From: Bacteroidota bacterium
GTDB lineage: Bacteria; Bacteroidota; Ignavibacteria; UBA10030; SZUA-254
NCBI GenBank assembly: GCA_035518715.1
Contig: DATIXJ010000043.1
Span: 88,386-152,385 of the forward strand
Direction: 5' to 3'
Length of the DNA: 64,000 bases
How positions within the stretch are numbered: the first letter of the stretch is position 1; each line of letters starts with the position of its first letter. The notes under the pieces were generated by a model, which did no database searches, was not told where the DNA came from, and worked only from the letters and a program-made list of their open reading frames with translations. Positions 47,272 to 58,753 of this stretch are shown here, one piece after another. The position numbers and the translations under genes were made by a program.

Positions 47272-49473
47272 ATGAGTACAGTTCAGGCAAAGCTCGCGGC
47301 AATCTGTGGGCTCTTGATCATTCCCGCCCTCCTCCTTGCGTCAAAGGGCGGAACGATCGAGGGAACTGTCATTGACCGCGCCACCGGCGATCTCCTCCCG
47401 TACGTGAATGTGATGATCCATGGGTCAACGATGGGCGCCGCGACAGATGGGAAAGGAAAATTCACCATCCCGAATGTTCCCGAAGGAGAATACACCGTCA
47501 GCGCGTCCCTTATCGGACACGTGACAAAGGACGTCAACCATGTCGTCGTGAAGCAGGACGAGAAATCGTCACTCACGATCTATCTCGACGACGAATCGGT
47601 GCGGCTCGGCGAAATGACCGTCTACGGAGCTTCCCTGAGACAAGAGCACATCACGGAAGCGCCCGCAGCCGTCACGGTACTCGAACAGGCGGATTTGCAG
47701 CTGAGCGGTGTATCCGGGCAGCTGCCAAAGCTTCTCGAAACGGAACCCGGAGTCGATATCGCGCAAAACGGTCTGTACGATTTCAACATCAACATGCGCG
47801 GGTTCAACAGCTCGCTCACGCGGCGGCTTCTTGTCCTACTTGATGGGAGAGATTTGTCCATCGTTTTTCTCGGTGCACAGGAATGGAACGGGCTTTCTGT
47901 CCCGGTAGAGGATCTCGGAAAGATGGAGGTCGTACGCGGACCGGGCTCCGCGTTATACGGGGCAAATGCCTTCAACGGTGTTATCAACATAACAACACCA
48001 TCGCCACGCCAAATCCTTGGAACGAAGGTCTCCCTGGCCGGCGGTGATTTCAACTCTCTGCGCGGTGACGTGCGGTACGCCGGGATGGACGGACCGTGGA
48101 GTTACAAGATCAACGTCGGCAGGTTCCAGGGTGATACCTGGAGCCAGTCACGCACAACCTCTCTCGAGTATGCCGGCCTCACCGGGCTCAACAAGGAGGT
48201 CGTTCCCGTCAACGACGGAAAGATCGGGACGTCGTACGGCTCTGCGAGAGTCGACTACGACGTCAGCGACAGCTCCACTGCAACGGTCGAAGGCGGAATG
48301 AGCCAGGTGGAAAACGAAATCTATATCACCGGGATCGGAAGGATCCAGGTGCAGCGGGCGATCAAGCCGTGGGGCAGAATGAGCTACACCGATCAGCATT
48401 TCAACGCGCAGGTCTGGGCGAGCGGGAGAAATTCGCTGGACCCGCAAATCTCCCTCGCCACGGGGCTTCCGCTGTTTGAAAAGTCCCTGAGCACGCAGGG
48501 CGACATGCAATATCATTTCACAGAGCTTGAGAACCGTCTTTCACTGATCGGAGGACTGTCATACCGGTATCAGACGATTAATACAAAAGGATCCCTCATG
48601 CTCGACACCCACAACGACAACATGTCGGGCATCTATGGTCAGGCGGAGTACACGCTTCCCTTCCGGCTCAAAGCTGACGCCGCGGTCAGGTGGGACAGAA
48701 GTTCGCTGCAGCCGGACGAAGTCTCCCCAAAAGGCGCTCTCGTCTGGACTCCTCTCCCCGATCAGAGCTTCCGCATCACGTACAACAAGGCGTACCAGTC
48801 GCCGAATTATTCCGAGCTCTTTCTCCATGTCCGGGATCCCATCACCCACTTTTCGTACTTCGGGAATGACAACCTCGTCTCTGAAAATATCGACGGATAC
48901 GAATTCGGCTACAAGGGGATCTTCCAGAATTCCATTTTCCTGACATTCGATGCCTACTATAATCAGCTCCGGGATTTCATTACCGATCTTTCACAGGGTG
49001 TCAATCCGCAATACACCACAACCGACAGTGTCATCCTTTCGTACGGAAACGCCGGGAAGGTTACCGAAGCAGGGTTCGAAGTAGCCGCGAACTATTATCT
49101 TTCCGATGAGTGGATGCTGAGCGCAAATTACGCGCTCTTCAATTTCACGATCCAGGAACAGAATGAAAAAGATCCCATCCTTCCCAACGCGCCGCAGTTC
49201 AAAATCAACGGCGGAATCACGTACCGCAGCAGGAATGGATACGACGTCAACGTAAACGTGAAATACGTACCCTCCTTCGACTGGTCGGCAGGGATTTATG
49301 CGGGACCGATACTCGCCTACGCGCTCGTGAATGTCGCTGCGAGTTATCAGATCACACCCCATCTCAACGCTGCGTGCAACGTCTCCAATCTCTTCGACCG
49401 CGTTCATTATGAAATCTTCGGCGGCTCACTCCTTCATCGCCGGGCTCTGCTGTCTCTGACCACGACGTTCTAA
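47272..49473 (+). CDS. TonB-dependent outer-membrane receptor with an N-terminal carboxypeptidase-regulatory-like domain
   Basis: Signal peptide; CarbopepD_reg-like GTIEGTVIDRATGDLLPYVNVMI...GKFTIPNVPEGEYTV; plug region; a long beta-barrel; and a C-terminal aromatic residue (...LSLTTTF). The track ORF is over-extended at the N-terminus. Confidence 0.8.
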   Translation: MSTVQAKLAAICGLLIIPALLLASKGGTIEGTVIDRATGDLLPYVNVMIHGSTMGAATDGKGKFTIPNVPEGEYTVSASLIGHVTKDVNHVVVKQDEKSSLTIYLDDESVRLGEMTVYGASLRQEHITEAPAAVTVLEQADLQLSGVSGQLPKLLETEPGVDIAQNGLYDFNINMRGFNSSLTRRLLVLLDGRDLSIVFLGAQEWNGLSVPVEDLGKMEVVRGPGSALYGANAFNGVINITTPSPRQILGTKVSLAGGDFNSLRGDVRYAGMDGPWSYKINVGRFQGDTWSQSRTTSLEYAGLTGLNKEVVPVNDGKIGTSYGSARVDYDVSDSSTATVEGGMSQVENEIYITGIGRIQVQRAIKPWGRMSYTDQHFNAQVWASGRNSLDPQISLATGLPLFEKSLSTQGDMQYHFTELENRLSLIGGLSYRYQTINTKGSLMLDTHNDNMSGIYGQAEYTLPFRLKADAAVRWDRSSLQPDEVSPKGALVWTPLPDQSFRITYNKAYQSPNYSELFLHVRDPITHFSYFGNDNLVSENIDGYEFGYKGIFQNSIFLTFDAYYNQLRDFITDLSQGVNPQYTTTDSVILSYGNAGKVTEAGFEVAANYYLSDEWMLSANYALFNFTIQEQNEKDPILPNAPQFKINGGITYRSRNGYDVNVNVKYVPSFDWSAGIYAGPILAYALVNVAASYQITPHLNAACNVSNLFDRVHYEIFGGSLLHRRALLSLTTTF

Positions 49474-49565
49474 TCCGCCTCATCCGACTCCCTGTTGATC
49501 CGTTTCTTGCTCTTTCGGATCGCTTTTCATACATTTTCACAACCCCAATTTTCCGATGGTGATTT

Positions 49566-50291
49566 ATGCCTTCACGATCAATCCGTACTTCACGTCTCGC
49601 GGTAACCTGGTTAGGTCATTCCGCATTCAAATTTGAAACGCCCGGCGGGAGAGTCGTCCTGATCGATCCATGGCTCGAGAACCCAAAGGCGCCTCCGGGC
49701 GCCAAGAAAATCCGCCGCGTCGATCTCATACTTGTCACACATGCGCACGGCGATCACCTTGGCAACACCGTGGACATTGCACGGCGCACCGGGGCAAAAA
49801 TCGCCTGCATCTTCGACCTTTCCGTGTATCTGGCGAGCAAAGGCGTCGACAACATTCTGGGAATGAACAAGGGAGGAACGATCTCGGTCGACGGACTGAA
49901 CATCACCATGGTCGATGCAAAGCACAGCTCTGACATCGATGCAGGCGGAATGCTCTCGCCCGGCGGGGAGGCCGCAGGATACATCATCGAGTTCGAAAAT
50001 GGTCTGAAGGTCTATCACGCTGGCGATACTTCGGTCTTCGGAGACATGAAGATCATCGCGGAAATCTACAAACCCGAGGTGGCGATCCTTCCGATCGGTG
50101 ATCACTTCACCATGGGACCTCGAGAAGCCGCGTATGCATGCAAACTCCTGAAGCCGAAGAAGATCATCGGGATGCATTATGGCACATTTCCGGTATTAAC
50201 GGGAACGCCCGCGGAATTGAAACGGCTTCTTCCACCGCAGACAAGGAAGAGGGTCTTGGAACTTGAGCCGGGGAAAACGGTGATGCTCTGA
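49566..50291 (+). CDS. UPF0173-type metal-dependent hydrolase (MBL fold)
   Basis: LVTHAHGDHLGN (HxHxDH), with the length and profile of the YtkL/UPF0173 family. Confidence 0.75.
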   Translation: MPSRSIRTSRLAVTWLGHSAFKFETPGGRVVLIDPWLENPKAPPGAKKIRRVDLILVTHAHGDHLGNTVDIARRTGAKIACIFDLSVYLASKGVDNILGMNKGGTISVDGLNITMVDAKHSSDIDAGGMLSPGGEAAGYIIEFENGLKVYHAGDTSVFGDMKIIAEIYKPEVAILPIGDHFTMGPREAAYACKLLKPKKIIGMHYGTFPVLTGTPAELKRLLPPQTRKRVLELEPGKTVML

Positions 50292-50296
50292 AATAG

Positions 50297-50338
50297 AAAA
50301 GGTGGACCGAGCGTCGTCTGCGATCCACCTTTTGCTTA
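50297..50338 (+). terminator. Rho-independent terminator after the UPF0173 hydrolase gene
   Basis: Stem AAAAGGTGGA / TCCACCTTTT around a ~17-nt loop, followed by TTTTGCTT. Confidence 0.65.
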
Positions 50339-50722
50339 TGCGGTTGTATCGGTGTGTCACTTATTGATACGGGAGGAATTTTTTAAAGTTGCATCCCTGC
50401 CACCAGTTTTACACGAAACCCCAATTATCATCGAATTTGAGGGATTTTGCGGCTTTTTCGGCCCCCATTTAACTTGGAATTTCTTGAATCCCTGGTCACT
50501 TCGAATGTCAGTCAACCATTCTTGATGAAATTTAACCTGGAACGAATCTCTCACTCCAGCTCCTCTCCGATGACAGTATGGACGAATCGGCGTGATCTCG
50601 ATATTCTGTGAGATATGGGAATGCCCCATGGTGTTGGAATGAATCCGGGATTTGTTCAGTCGATACAGGATTGGTATATTAATACTATCAGAACAGCGTT
50701 CTTTTGATAAGGAGAGATTCTC

Positions 50723-51151
50723 ATGTACAACATTTTGATGCAGCAGATAAAGGATGAAGTTTCACGACTCGGCGTGAAGGAATTGAACACGGTGGAGGAA
50801 GTCGATAATCTTCTGACAAAGCAGAAGGGGACCGCTCTTGTATTCGTGAATTCCGTCTGCGGATGCGCGGGTGGAATTGCCCGACCGGCACTTGCCCTGG
50901 CAATGCGCAGTAAGATCAAACCGGATGTCATTGCATCCGTTTTCGCAAGCGGCGATCGTGAAGCAACCGCGCAGGCACGATCGTACTTCACGGACATGCC
51001 GTCATCGTCACCATCGTTCGCACTGCTGCGCGATGGCAAGCTTCTGCACATGATTCACCGGTCAGATATCGAGATGCGCGAACCCCGCGAAGTCGCCCAG
51101 ATGCTTACGCAGGCATTCGAGAAATATTGCTCAGCGGAAGTGAAGAACTGA
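50723..51151 (+). CDS. Bacilliredoxin BrxA/BrxB family (YphP/YqiW, DUF1094 thioredoxin-like)
   Basis: Conserved CGC active site in ALVFVNSVCGCAAG. 142 aa. Confidence 0.75.
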   Translation: MYNILMQQIKDEVSRLGVKELNTVEEVDNLLTKQKGTALVFVNSVCGCAGGIARPALALAMRSKIKPDVIASVFASGDREATAQARSYFTDMPSSSPSFALLRDGKLLHMIHRSDIEMREPREVAQMLTQAFEKYCSAEVKN

Positions 51152-51240
51152 AGCCGTCTCTCTTGACCGAAAGTGCCCGGCTGACTAATCCGGCGCTCTT
51201 GGATATGAGTCGAAAAATTTGTATCTTTTGATTGTGACGA

Positions 51241-51277
51241 AAACGCCTCGGGCAAATGTCTTGAGGCGTTTTTTGTT
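51241..51277 (+). terminator. Rho-independent terminator between the bacilliredoxin gene and typA
   Basis: Stem AAACGCCTC / GAGGCGTTT followed by TTTGTTCGTTTT. Confidence 0.6.
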
Positions 51278-51292
51278 CGTTTTCGAGAGAAC

Positions 51293-53158
51293 TTGATGCA
51301 ACGCAGAGAAGATATACGAAATATTGCCATTATCGCGCACGTCGATCACGGAAAAACGACGCTCGTCGACCACATGCTGCGTCAAACCGGAACATTCCGC
51401 GAAAACCAGGAAGTGGTAAAGCGGGTGATGGATTCCAACGAGCTCGAACGTGAACGCGGAATTACTATTCTGGCGAAGAATACCGCCGTCTTTTATAAGC
51501 AGCGGCTGCCGGATGGAAAGACCCGGACGGTCAAGATCAATATCGTCGATACTCCGGGACACTCGGATTTTGCCGGCGAGGTCGAGCGCACGCTGAAGAT
51601 GGTCGACGGGGTTCTTCTTCTCGTTGATGCATCCGAAGGTCCGCTTCCCGGGACAAAATTCGTCCTCAAGAAATCACTCGATCTTCATCTTCAGCCGATC
51701 GTGGTTATCAATAAAATCGATCGGAAAGACGCACGCGCACATGCGGTTCTCGACGAAGTGTTTGAACTCTTCCTCTCACTCGGGGCAAACAATCAGCAGC
51801 TCGATTTTCCGACACTCTACTGCATTGCAAAGCAGGGCATCGCAAAAGTCGAACTTGAAGATGAAGGCAAGGATCTGACACCCCTCTTCGAGGCCATTAT
51901 TAACAGGATTCCGCCGCCTCCCGGCGATATCGCGGCCCCATTCCAGATGCTCGTGACCACAATCGACTACAACGACTATCTCGGGCGTCTCGGGATCGGC
52001 AGGATCGCCCGCGGACGCATCCATATCGATTCGCCGATGAAGATCATTCACCGCGACGGGAATACCGAAGATGCACGAGTGACCAAGATTTATACATTCG
52101 AAGGGCTGAAACGCCTCGAAGTTGAAGAGGCGCATGCCGGCGATGTCATCGCCATTGCCGGAATGGACGACGTCGATATTGGCGAGACCATTGCCGATGC
52201 TGCGGACCCCGCAGCGTTATCGTTTGTCGCGATCGAAGAGCCAACTCTTTCGATGAATTTTGTCGTCAACAATTCTCCGTTCGCAGGCCAGGAAGGAAAG
52301 TATGTCACGACCCGCAATCTGGGCGAACGCCTTGCACGCGAGCTCCGGTCGAATGTGAGTCTCCGTGTCGAGCTCACCGACAGTCCGGATATCTTCAAGG
52401 TCAGCGGAAGAGGCGAGCTGCATCTTGCGATCCTCATCGAAACGATGCGGCGGGAAGGGTATGAGTTCCAGGTCTCCGCACCGGAAGTGATTTACAAGCG
52501 CATTGATGATGTTCTCTGTGAGCCGATTGAGCATGTAATCGTTGATGTCCCCGATGAATTCGCCGGGATCGTGATCCGGAATCTCGGATCCAGAAAAGGG
52601 ATCATGAAGAACATGATCCAGGCGCAGGGAAATACGCGGCTCGAATTCAGCGTACCGGCGCGCGGACTCCTCGGGTTTCGCTCCGAGATTATGACGGAAA
52701 CCAAGGGCACCGGAATCCTTCATCATAATTTTTTCGGTTACGAGCCCTACAAGGGTGATCTGTCGACTCGGCACAAGGGAGCCGTCATCCAACTCGAGGA
52801 CGGCCAGGCCACGGCATACGCGATGTGGAAACTCCAGGAGCGAATGACCTTTTTTATCGAGCCGGGTATCCGGGTATACAAGGGGATGATCGTGGGAGAG
52901 AATGCGCGCGACGAAGATATCATTGTGAATGTCTGCAAGACGAAACAGCTGACGAACATGCGCGCCAGCGGTGCCGACGAGGCTATCCGTCTGGAACCGC
53001 CAAGGATTCAGACACTCGAGCAGGCAATTGAGTGGATTGCGGATGATGAATATATCGAGGTCACACCTCAATCTCTCCGACTCCGCAAGCGCTACCTCGA
53101 CCACAACGAGAGACTGCGCACGTCGAAAAAGAAGGCGGAGGAGATCGAGACGGATTGA
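51293..53158 (+). CDS. typA: Translational GTPase TypA/BipA
   Basis: G-domain [24 protein letters not shown] and NKID, plus EF-G-like domains. 621 aa. The track begins at a TTG; an ATG follows 3 nt later. Confidence 0.9.
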   Translation: MMQRREDIRNIAIIAHVDHGKTTLVDHMLRQTGTFRENQEVVKRVMDSNELERERGITILAKNTAVFYKQRLPDGKTRTVKINIVDTPGHSDFAGEVERTLKMVDGVLLLVDASEGPLPGTKFVLKKSLDLHLQPIVVINKIDRKDARAHAVLDEVFELFLSLGANNQQLDFPTLYCIAKQGIAKVELEDEGKDLTPLFEAIINRIPPPPGDIAAPFQMLVTTIDYNDYLGRLGIGRIARGRIHIDSPMKIIHRDGNTEDARVTKIYTFEGLKRLEVEEAHAGDVIAIAGMDDVDIGETIADAADPAALSFVAIEEPTLSMNFVVNNSPFAGQEGKYVTTRNLGERLARELRSNVSLRVELTDSPDIFKVSGRGELHLAILIETMRREGYEFQVSAPEVIYKRIDDVLCEPIEHVIVDVPDEFAGIVIRNLGSRKGIMKNMIQAQGNTRLEFSVPARGLLGFRSEIMTETKGTGILHHNFFGYEPYKGDLSTRHKGAVIQLEDGQATAYAMWKLQERMTFFIEPGIRVYKGMIVGENARDEDIIVNVCKTKQLTNMRASGADEAIRLEPPRIQTLEQAIEWIADDEYIEVTPQSLRLRKRYLDHNERLRTSKKKAEEIETD

Positions 53159-53235
53159 TCTGCCTGAAACCCCGAGCTTCAGCTCGTGGTGCAGATTTCA
53201 ACAACAGCAAACCGGGTTCTTGACCCGACACGCAT

Positions 53236-54408
53236 TTGAATTTCTCCCATCGCACAGACTGGCACCGCCGCCAGAACAGAGTCGCCGAGCTCCTCGACAA
53301 GCTTCGTACCGAGGGGAGACCAATCATCGACCTCACCGAATCCAACCCCACAAAATGTGGTTTCTGCTACCCTGCAGACCAGATACGCCAGGCTCTTTCA
53401 CAACCTGCTGTGCTCGAATACAATCCTGACCCCCGGGGCCTCCTTTCTGCCCGGGCATCCGTCTCTGCATACTATCTCAAGGATGGGATCGCGGTAGATC
53501 CTTCGGAAATTTTCCTGACCGCCGGAACGAGTGAGTCTTATTCTCACCTCTTCAAACTCCTGTGCAATCCCGGGGACAACCTACTCGTGCCCCAGCCGTC
53601 ATATCCCCTGTTCGATTATCTCGCGGAGCTGAACGATGTGAAACTGCAGACATACCGACTGCAGTATGACCACGAATGGCAGATTGATATCGATTCGCTC
53701 AGGCGGGCTATCACATCCGCAACAAAAGCGCTGGTAATTGTCAGTCCGCATAATCCGACCGGAATGATCCTCAAACAAGAGGAGTACGAGGAGATTCGAC
53801 ATATTGCACGTCGGCATCGTCTGGCCATTATCTCCGACGAGGTCTTCGGTGAATATGCATTCAATAAAAATGCGGAGCTGGTAACATCAGCGGCATCGGA
53901 GGATGAGATCCTCACATTTGTGCTGAATGGTATCTCAAAACTCGCCGGACTGCCGCAGGTAAAACTGGGCTGGATCATTGTTCGCGGAACCGATGCTCAC
54001 GAGGCCGAAGATCGTCTGGAAATTCTCTGCGACACTTTCCTGTCGGTCGGGACTCCGATACAGATTGCCTTATCTTCGATCATGACATTCGCAGACGGCA
54101 TTCGTACAGACATCCTGAAGCGCGTCAAAAACAACTATGCGTTTGCATGCTCAGCAGCATCCGGTTCCACATCTCTTCTGGAAAGTGCCGGCGGTTGGTA
54201 TGCTGTACTGCGCGTCCCCCGCACAACTACCGACGAAGAGTGGGTGCTCTCTCTTCTGGAAGAGCGAGGAATATCTCTTTTTCCGGGATATTTTTTTGAT
54301 TTTGAGGAGGAGGGATTTCTTGTGGTGAGTCTGCTTCCTGAAGAACCGGATTTTCGGCGGGGATTTACGGAAGCGGCGAAGTTTATTAACGATTCTGTCC
54401 GAAGATAG
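53236..54408 (+). CDS. Class I/II PLP-dependent aminotransferase
   Basis: ...SPHNPTG... and NGISKLAGLPQVKLGW (PLP-lysine region). 390 aa. Confidence 0.75.
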   Translation: MNFSHRTDWHRRQNRVAELLDKLRTEGRPIIDLTESNPTKCGFCYPADQIRQALSQPAVLEYNPDPRGLLSARASVSAYYLKDGIAVDPSEIFLTAGTSESYSHLFKLLCNPGDNLLVPQPSYPLFDYLAELNDVKLQTYRLQYDHEWQIDIDSLRRAITSATKALVIVSPHNPTGMILKQEEYEEIRHIARRHRLAIISDEVFGEYAFNKNAELVTSAASEDEILTFVLNGISKLAGLPQVKLGWIIVRGTDAHEAEDRLEILCDTFLSVGTPIQIALSSIMTFADGIRTDILKRVKNNYAFACSAASGSTSLLESAGGWYAVLRVPRTTTDEEWVLSLLEERGISLFPGYFFDFEEEGFLVVSLLPEEPDFRRGFTEAAKFINDSVRR

Positions 54409-54414
54409 AAGCCC

Positions 54415-55122
54415 TCACCTCTTCAGAGCCCTGTTGAAGAAGCGAACGAACGGGATGAGCTCCCGGTAGAGTCCGACTACCTTATCCGCAAATTTCGGAG
54501 TCGTACACTCTCCCACGCCCCACGTCACGCCGCAATAGAACTGTTTATACTTCAGCCACTCGATCATCGGATGATCTTTAGGAAAGCCGATGGGATTCCG
54601 GGAGAGTTTGGATCCCTCTAGTTCACCAAACTGGCTCTTGAACGAACGCGCGGTAACTATCGAGAGAAATTCCTCGGAGTGTTCGGCAATGCTGGACCGG
54701 ATTTTCTTGAGTTGAGCACTGTCAGGCATGTAGATGCCGCCGCCGACATATATTTCCGGCGGCTCGACGTGAAGATAATACCCGGAGCTCTCCTGCCAGC
54801 TTCCTTTGGGATGAAAGACGGCTGCGATGGAAGTTTTGTAGGGGTCCTTGTTCTTGCTGAATCGGGTATCGCGGTTAATCCGGAATATGCTCCGCCTCGG
54901 ATTGAATTCGAACTCGGGGGCATACTTTGCCATCGAGCCCTGCAGTGTACTGATCAGCGATTGCATCGGGAGCTTGACCGCTTCCAGGTAAGTATCCTTG
55001 TGGGAAGCGAACCACTCCCGGTTATTGTTCTTCTTCAGATTCCTGAGAAACGCCAATCCTTCCTTCGGAAAACCGACAAATGGCGGAAATACTTCGAGAT
55101 CAACAGACGTTCGTACTTTCAT
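54415..55122 (-). CDS. DUF2461 (TIGR02453) family protein
   Basis: ...NNNREWFASHKDTYL... and ...FRINRDTRFSKNKDPYKT... are motifs of this family. 235 aa. Confidence 0.6.
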   Translation of the reverse strand: MKVRTSVDLEVFPPFVGFPKEGLAFLRNLKKNNNREWFASHKDTYLEAVKLPMQSLISTLQGSMAKYAPEFEFNPRRSIFRINRDTRFSKNKDPYKTSIAAVFHPKGSWQESSGYYLHVEPPEIYVGGGIYMPDSAQLKKIRSSIAEHSEEFLSIVTARSFKSQFGELEGSKLSRNPIGFPKDHPMIEWLKYKQFYCGVTWGVGECTTPKFADKVVGLYRELIPFVRFFNRALKR

Positions 55123-56096
55123 AGTGCGAAATTTCCTTTCCCCGCTGCTTTCAATGCCCCGCGCACAGAGCCGTCTTCATGTTTCAGGAATGTCCGCGCA
55201 CGTGCAGCGGATACATCTGCCAGGATCATGATCAGTGCTGTTTTCACGTCGCCGCCGGCTTTCTTTAAGAACCGCTCTGCCGTAGGGTAGTTAACCCCTG
55301 CGGCGATCATCAGGACTTTCTTCGCTCTCTCCTCCAACTTCCTGCTGTTCATTCTCAGGTCAACCATCATATTCCCGTAGACCTTGCCAAGCCGTATCAT
55401 GGATGCAGTGGTCAACATGTTGAGAACAAGTTTCTGCGCAGTGCCGGCTTTCATCCGGGTGGATCCCATAATCGCTTCGGGTCCGACCTCGACACAAATT
55501 GCAATATCTGCACTCCGGGAGAGTCCCAGAAATTGAGGTTTCCTCAGGAGAGAGCGGGGATTTGTCGTGACGAGGATCGTCCGGGCACCGCGTTTCTTTG
55601 CCCGCACCAGAGCCGCCTGCACATAGGGAGTTCTCATGCTTGCCGCGATGCCGCAGACCACATCGTCGGGCCCGACATGCCGTTGGTCGATATCGCGTCG
55701 CCCTTCGGAATCTCGGTCTTCCGCGCCTTCCCGTGACCGAAATACCGAGCCCCTGCCACCGGCAATGCATGCCTGGATCATCGATGGACTCGTACCGTAT
55801 GTCGGCGGACATTCTGCGGCATCCAGAACTCCAAGCCGGCCGCTTGTTCCCGCGCCAACGTACACGAGGCGTCCGCCCTTTTTCAGTGAGCTCACAATCA
55901 ACTCTACGGCGCTGGAAATGTGAGAGATTTCGTTCCGGACTGCTCCGGCAACCAGCCGATCCTGTGCGTTGATGCGCTCCAGAATTTCCGGCGTGCCAAG
56001 AGCGTCGATATTCATGGTTGCCCTGTTTCTTTGTTCCGTCGAGAGCAAACCAAGCTGCTGGAAAAGTTTCCTCGAACTCATTCGTGACGACGTCAT
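55119..56096 (-). CDS. murQ: N-acetylmuramic acid 6-phosphate etherase (SIS domain)
   Basis: LSTEQRNRATMNID..., GRLVYVGAGTSGRLGVLDAAECPPTYG, and the C-terminal ...ERFLKKAGGDVKTALIM tail. Confidence 0.85.
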   Translation of the reverse strand: MTSSRMSSRKLFQQLGLLSTEQRNRATMNIDALGTPEILERINAQDRLVAGAVRNEISHISSAVELIVSSLKKGGRLVYVGAGTSGRLGVLDAAECPPTYGTSPSMIQACIAGGRGSVFRSREGAEDRDSEGRRDIDQRHVGPDDVVCGIAASMRTPYVQAALVRAKKRGARTILVTTNPRSLLRKPQFLGLSRSADIAICVEVGPEAIMGSTRMKAGTAQKLVLNMLTTASMIRLGKVYGNMMVDLRMNSRKLEERAKKVLMIAAGVNYPTAERFLKKAGGDVKTALIMILADVSAARARTFLKHEDGSVRGALKAAGKGNFAL

Positions 56097-56818
56097 GGTC
56101 GGATAATGAGAAGTTTCTTGTCGAAGAGATCGGTCCCGTCACCGCCTTCGATGACAATCGGCAGGACCTGAATCGATCCGGGCCTGCATTTGATCCGGGC
56201 TTCAGTTATTTCCTGCTCAAGCATGCCGCCTTTCATGAGAACCATGGATCCGGGCGGAATTGTTTGGCTGCCACTGGTCGTTTCATTTGTCGCGGCCGGG
56301 GGATATGTTTTCATGAATGCCGACCCCCACTTCAAGATCTCTTTGACTGATGCGACGGCCCGGGCAAGAAGGTAATCAAATTTTCCCTGATATGCAGAGG
56401 TTGATGAAAGATCTTCACCTCTTCCGGCATCGGTTGTCACGTTGGGCAGCTGCAGAACTTTCAGAATCTCATCGACCGCGCGGATTTTCTTTTGTGTTGA
56501 ATCAATGAGGAGAAACCTGCATTGAGGGAGACAGATTGCCAGGGGAATTCCGGGGAAACCGCCGCCGGTTCCAAAATCGATTATGGATGACGGGGAAACA
56601 AATGAGCGCCGAAAGACGAATGCGAGCGACTCGAGGATATGTTTTCGCCAGATGTTTTCTTCATCCTTCCGGGAAATTAAATTTATTTTCGCGTTCCACA
56701 GCAATATATTCTCTGCGAATAATAGCAATTTATATAACTTTTCCTCACCAAGATCCAGTCCGTTCCTTTTCGCCAATGTTCGAATCCAGACGATATCAGA
56801 AGAAAAATCCCGTTTCAC
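56093..56818 (-). CDS. rsmG: 16S rRNA (guanine527-N7)-methyltransferase RsmG (GidB)
   Basis: ...WNAKINLISRKDEENIWRKHILESL..., the SAM motif IDFGTGGGFPGIPLAI, and LIDSTQKKI. Confidence 0.85.
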   Translation of the reverse strand: MKRDFSSDIVWIRTLAKRNGLDLGEEKLYKLLLFAENILLWNAKINLISRKDEENIWRKHILESLAFVFRRSFVSPSSIIDFGTGGGFPGIPLAICLPQCRFLLIDSTQKKIRAVDEILKVLQLPNVTTDAGRGEDLSSTSAYQGKFDYLLARAVASVKEILKWGSAFMKTYPPAATNETTSGSQTIPPGSMVLMKGGMLEQEITEARIKCRPGSIQVLPIVIEGGDGTDLFDKKLLIIRP

Positions 56819-56827
56819 GTGGAACGC

Positions 56828-58744
56828 TCAGCGCAAGTGTACCATAAGAACGGACAGGTCCGACGAAGTCACGCCGCTGATCCTCGCTGCCTGTCCGAGG
56901 GAGTACGGCTTGATGCGCTGGAGCTTTTCGCGGCCCTCGGCAGAGAGTGCCTTGACCGCCGAGAAGTCGAACTCATGAGGTATTGAAATATTCTCGTGTC
57001 TCTTGAAGAGCTCTATCTCCTCTTCCTGGCGCGCAATGTATCCGTCGTACTTCATTTCGATTTCAACTTGTTCCAGGATTTCTGAAATGAGGCGCTCATC
57101 TCGTAAGTCCTTCAGCTGTGATACGTACGCTTCCTCCTGCACCGAGGTCATGGCGAGAAGATCGTTGATGTTTACTTCCGGCCGTCGCGCGATCAGAAAC
57201 AACTTTTCCCTGTTCTCGATCGGTGCAGTTGATCTCGATATCAGATAATCATTGATTTCTTCAGGGCGCACTGAAAACTCCCGGAAGAATCGAATTCCTC
57301 TTTCGGTCATTTCTTCCTTCTTCTCCAATCTCCTTCTCATATTTTCCGGAATCAGACCCAGATCAAAACCCCTCCTCATCAATCTCCGGTCTGCATTGTC
57401 CTGGCGCAGTAGGAGTCTATACTCGGCCCGCGATGTGAACATTCTGTACGGCTCTTCCGTGCTCTTGTTGATGAGGTCATCTACGAGAACCCCAATATAT
57501 GCTTCTGATCTGCTCACTATGAATTCCCCGCCATCCCGGGCATGCAGCGCTGCGTTGATTCCGGCAATCAGGCCCTGCGCAGCTGCTTCTTCATACCCCG
57601 ACGTCCCATTGATCTGACCTGCAAAATAGAGTCCGTCCACGAGCTTGGTTTCCATCGTATGCTTCAGCTGATGCGGGGGGAAGAAATCATACTCAACAGC
57701 GTAACCGGGGCGGAGCATTACAACCTCTTTAAGTGCAGGTATCGTTTGAAGGCCCTTTAACTGGATATCTGCGGGTAAGCTTGTAGAAAAACCGTTAACG
57801 TACGCAACGTGTGTATTATATCCCTCAGGTTCGATAAAAATCTGATGGCTTTCCCTTTCCGCAAATCTCACAATCTTGTCCTCGATCGATGGGCAGTATC
57901 TCGGTCCAACTGCTTTGATCCGCCCGGTGAACATTGGAGATTCGCCAAACCCCGATTCCATTTCCCGATGCGTGTTCTTGTTTGTATGTGTCAGGTACAT
58001 CGGAATGAGCCGATTCGCAATCCGGGTGTTCTGGAAAGAAAACGGTTTTGGCGGGTTGTCGCTCGACTGCTCTTCTGTCTCCTTCAAATTGACGGTACGA
58101 ATGTCAATCCGTGGAGGTGTGCCTGTTTTCAGTCTTCCGGAAACAAACCCAAGCCCCTGAAGTTTTTCCGTGATTCCGGCAGAGGGTTTCTCCCCATACC
58201 GACCACCGGGGTTTTGCGATAATCCGGTATGCATGAGTGCCCTTAGGAATGTTCCGGCGCAAAGAACAAGAGATTTGCATTGAATGGTCGTCCCGTCCCC
58301 GAACGAGACACCTACCACGAACCTCCTGCCAGACGACGATTCAGTGAGGATCTCGTTAATCGAACCCTCCAGGACTTTCAGTCGTTCCTGAGCTTTAACG
58401 CTCTGCAAGGCTTCTTCGGAATACCAGTCCCTGTCGTTTTGGCATCTTGGTGACCAAACTGCAGGCCCCTTCGATTTATTCAGAACCCTGAACTGAATCC
58501 CGGTTGCATCTGCCAGCTTCCCCATTTCGCCCCCCAAAGCATCAATCTCACGAACGAGGTGACCCTTTGCGGTTCCTCCAATTGCGGGATTGCACGACAT
58601 CCTCCCTATTGCTGAAGCGGACATCGTAACGAGTGCAGTTTTCAGGCCCATCCTGGCCGATGCCAAAGATGCCTCGATGCCGGCGTGTCCCCCTCCGACG
58701 ACAATAACGTCAAATTTGGATGTGTCTGTATGCTCTTGTTTCAC
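56828..58744 (-). CDS. mnmG: tRNA uridine 5-carboxymethylaminomethyl modification enzyme MnmG (GidA)
   Basis: FAD motif [16 protein letters not shown]. 638 aa with the conserved MnmG C-terminal region. Confidence 0.95.
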   Translation of the reverse strand: MKQEHTDTSKFDVIVVGGGHAGIEASLASARMGLKTALVTMSASAIGRMSCNPAIGGTAKGHLVREIDALGGEMGKLADATGIQFRVLNKSKGPAVWSPRCQNDRDWYSEEALQSVKAQERLKVLEGSINEILTESSSGRRFVVGVSFGDGTTIQCKSLVLCAGTFLRALMHTGLSQNPGGRYGEKPSAGITEKLQGLGFVSGRLKTGTPPRIDIRTVNLKETEEQSSDNPPKPFSFQNTRIANRLIPMYLTHTNKNTHREMESGFGESPMFTGRIKAVGPRYCPSIEDKIVRFAERESHQIFIEPEGYNTHVAYVNGFSTSLPADIQLKGLQTIPALKEVVMLRPGYAVEYDFFPPHQLKHTMETKLVDGLYFAGQINGTSGYEEAAAQGLIAGINAALHARDGGEFIVSRSEAYIGVLVDDLINKSTEEPYRMFTSRAEYRLLLRQDNADRRLMRRGFDLGLIPENMRRRLEKKEEMTERGIRFFREFSVRPEEINDYLISRSTAPIENREKLFLIARRPEVNINDLLAMTSVQEEAYVSQLKDLRDERLISEILEQVEIEMKYDGYIARQEEEIELFKRHENISIPHEFDFSAVKALSAEGREKLQRIKPYSLGQAARISGVTSSDLSVLMVHLR

Positions 58745-58753
58745 GTGAAACGC

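Noticed and set aside
50357-50629. 90-aa minus-strand ORF inside the long non-coding gap
   Set aside because: Poor coding character, no recognisable family, and isolated between two plus-strand genes with their own terminators.
52217-53104. 295-aa minus-strand ORF
   Set aside because: Antisense shadow of typA.
55360-56157. 265-aa minus-strand ORF overlapping murQ in another frame
   Set aside because: Arg/Cys/Gly-rich nonsense translation. murQ in the other frame has the clear SIS-domain signature.
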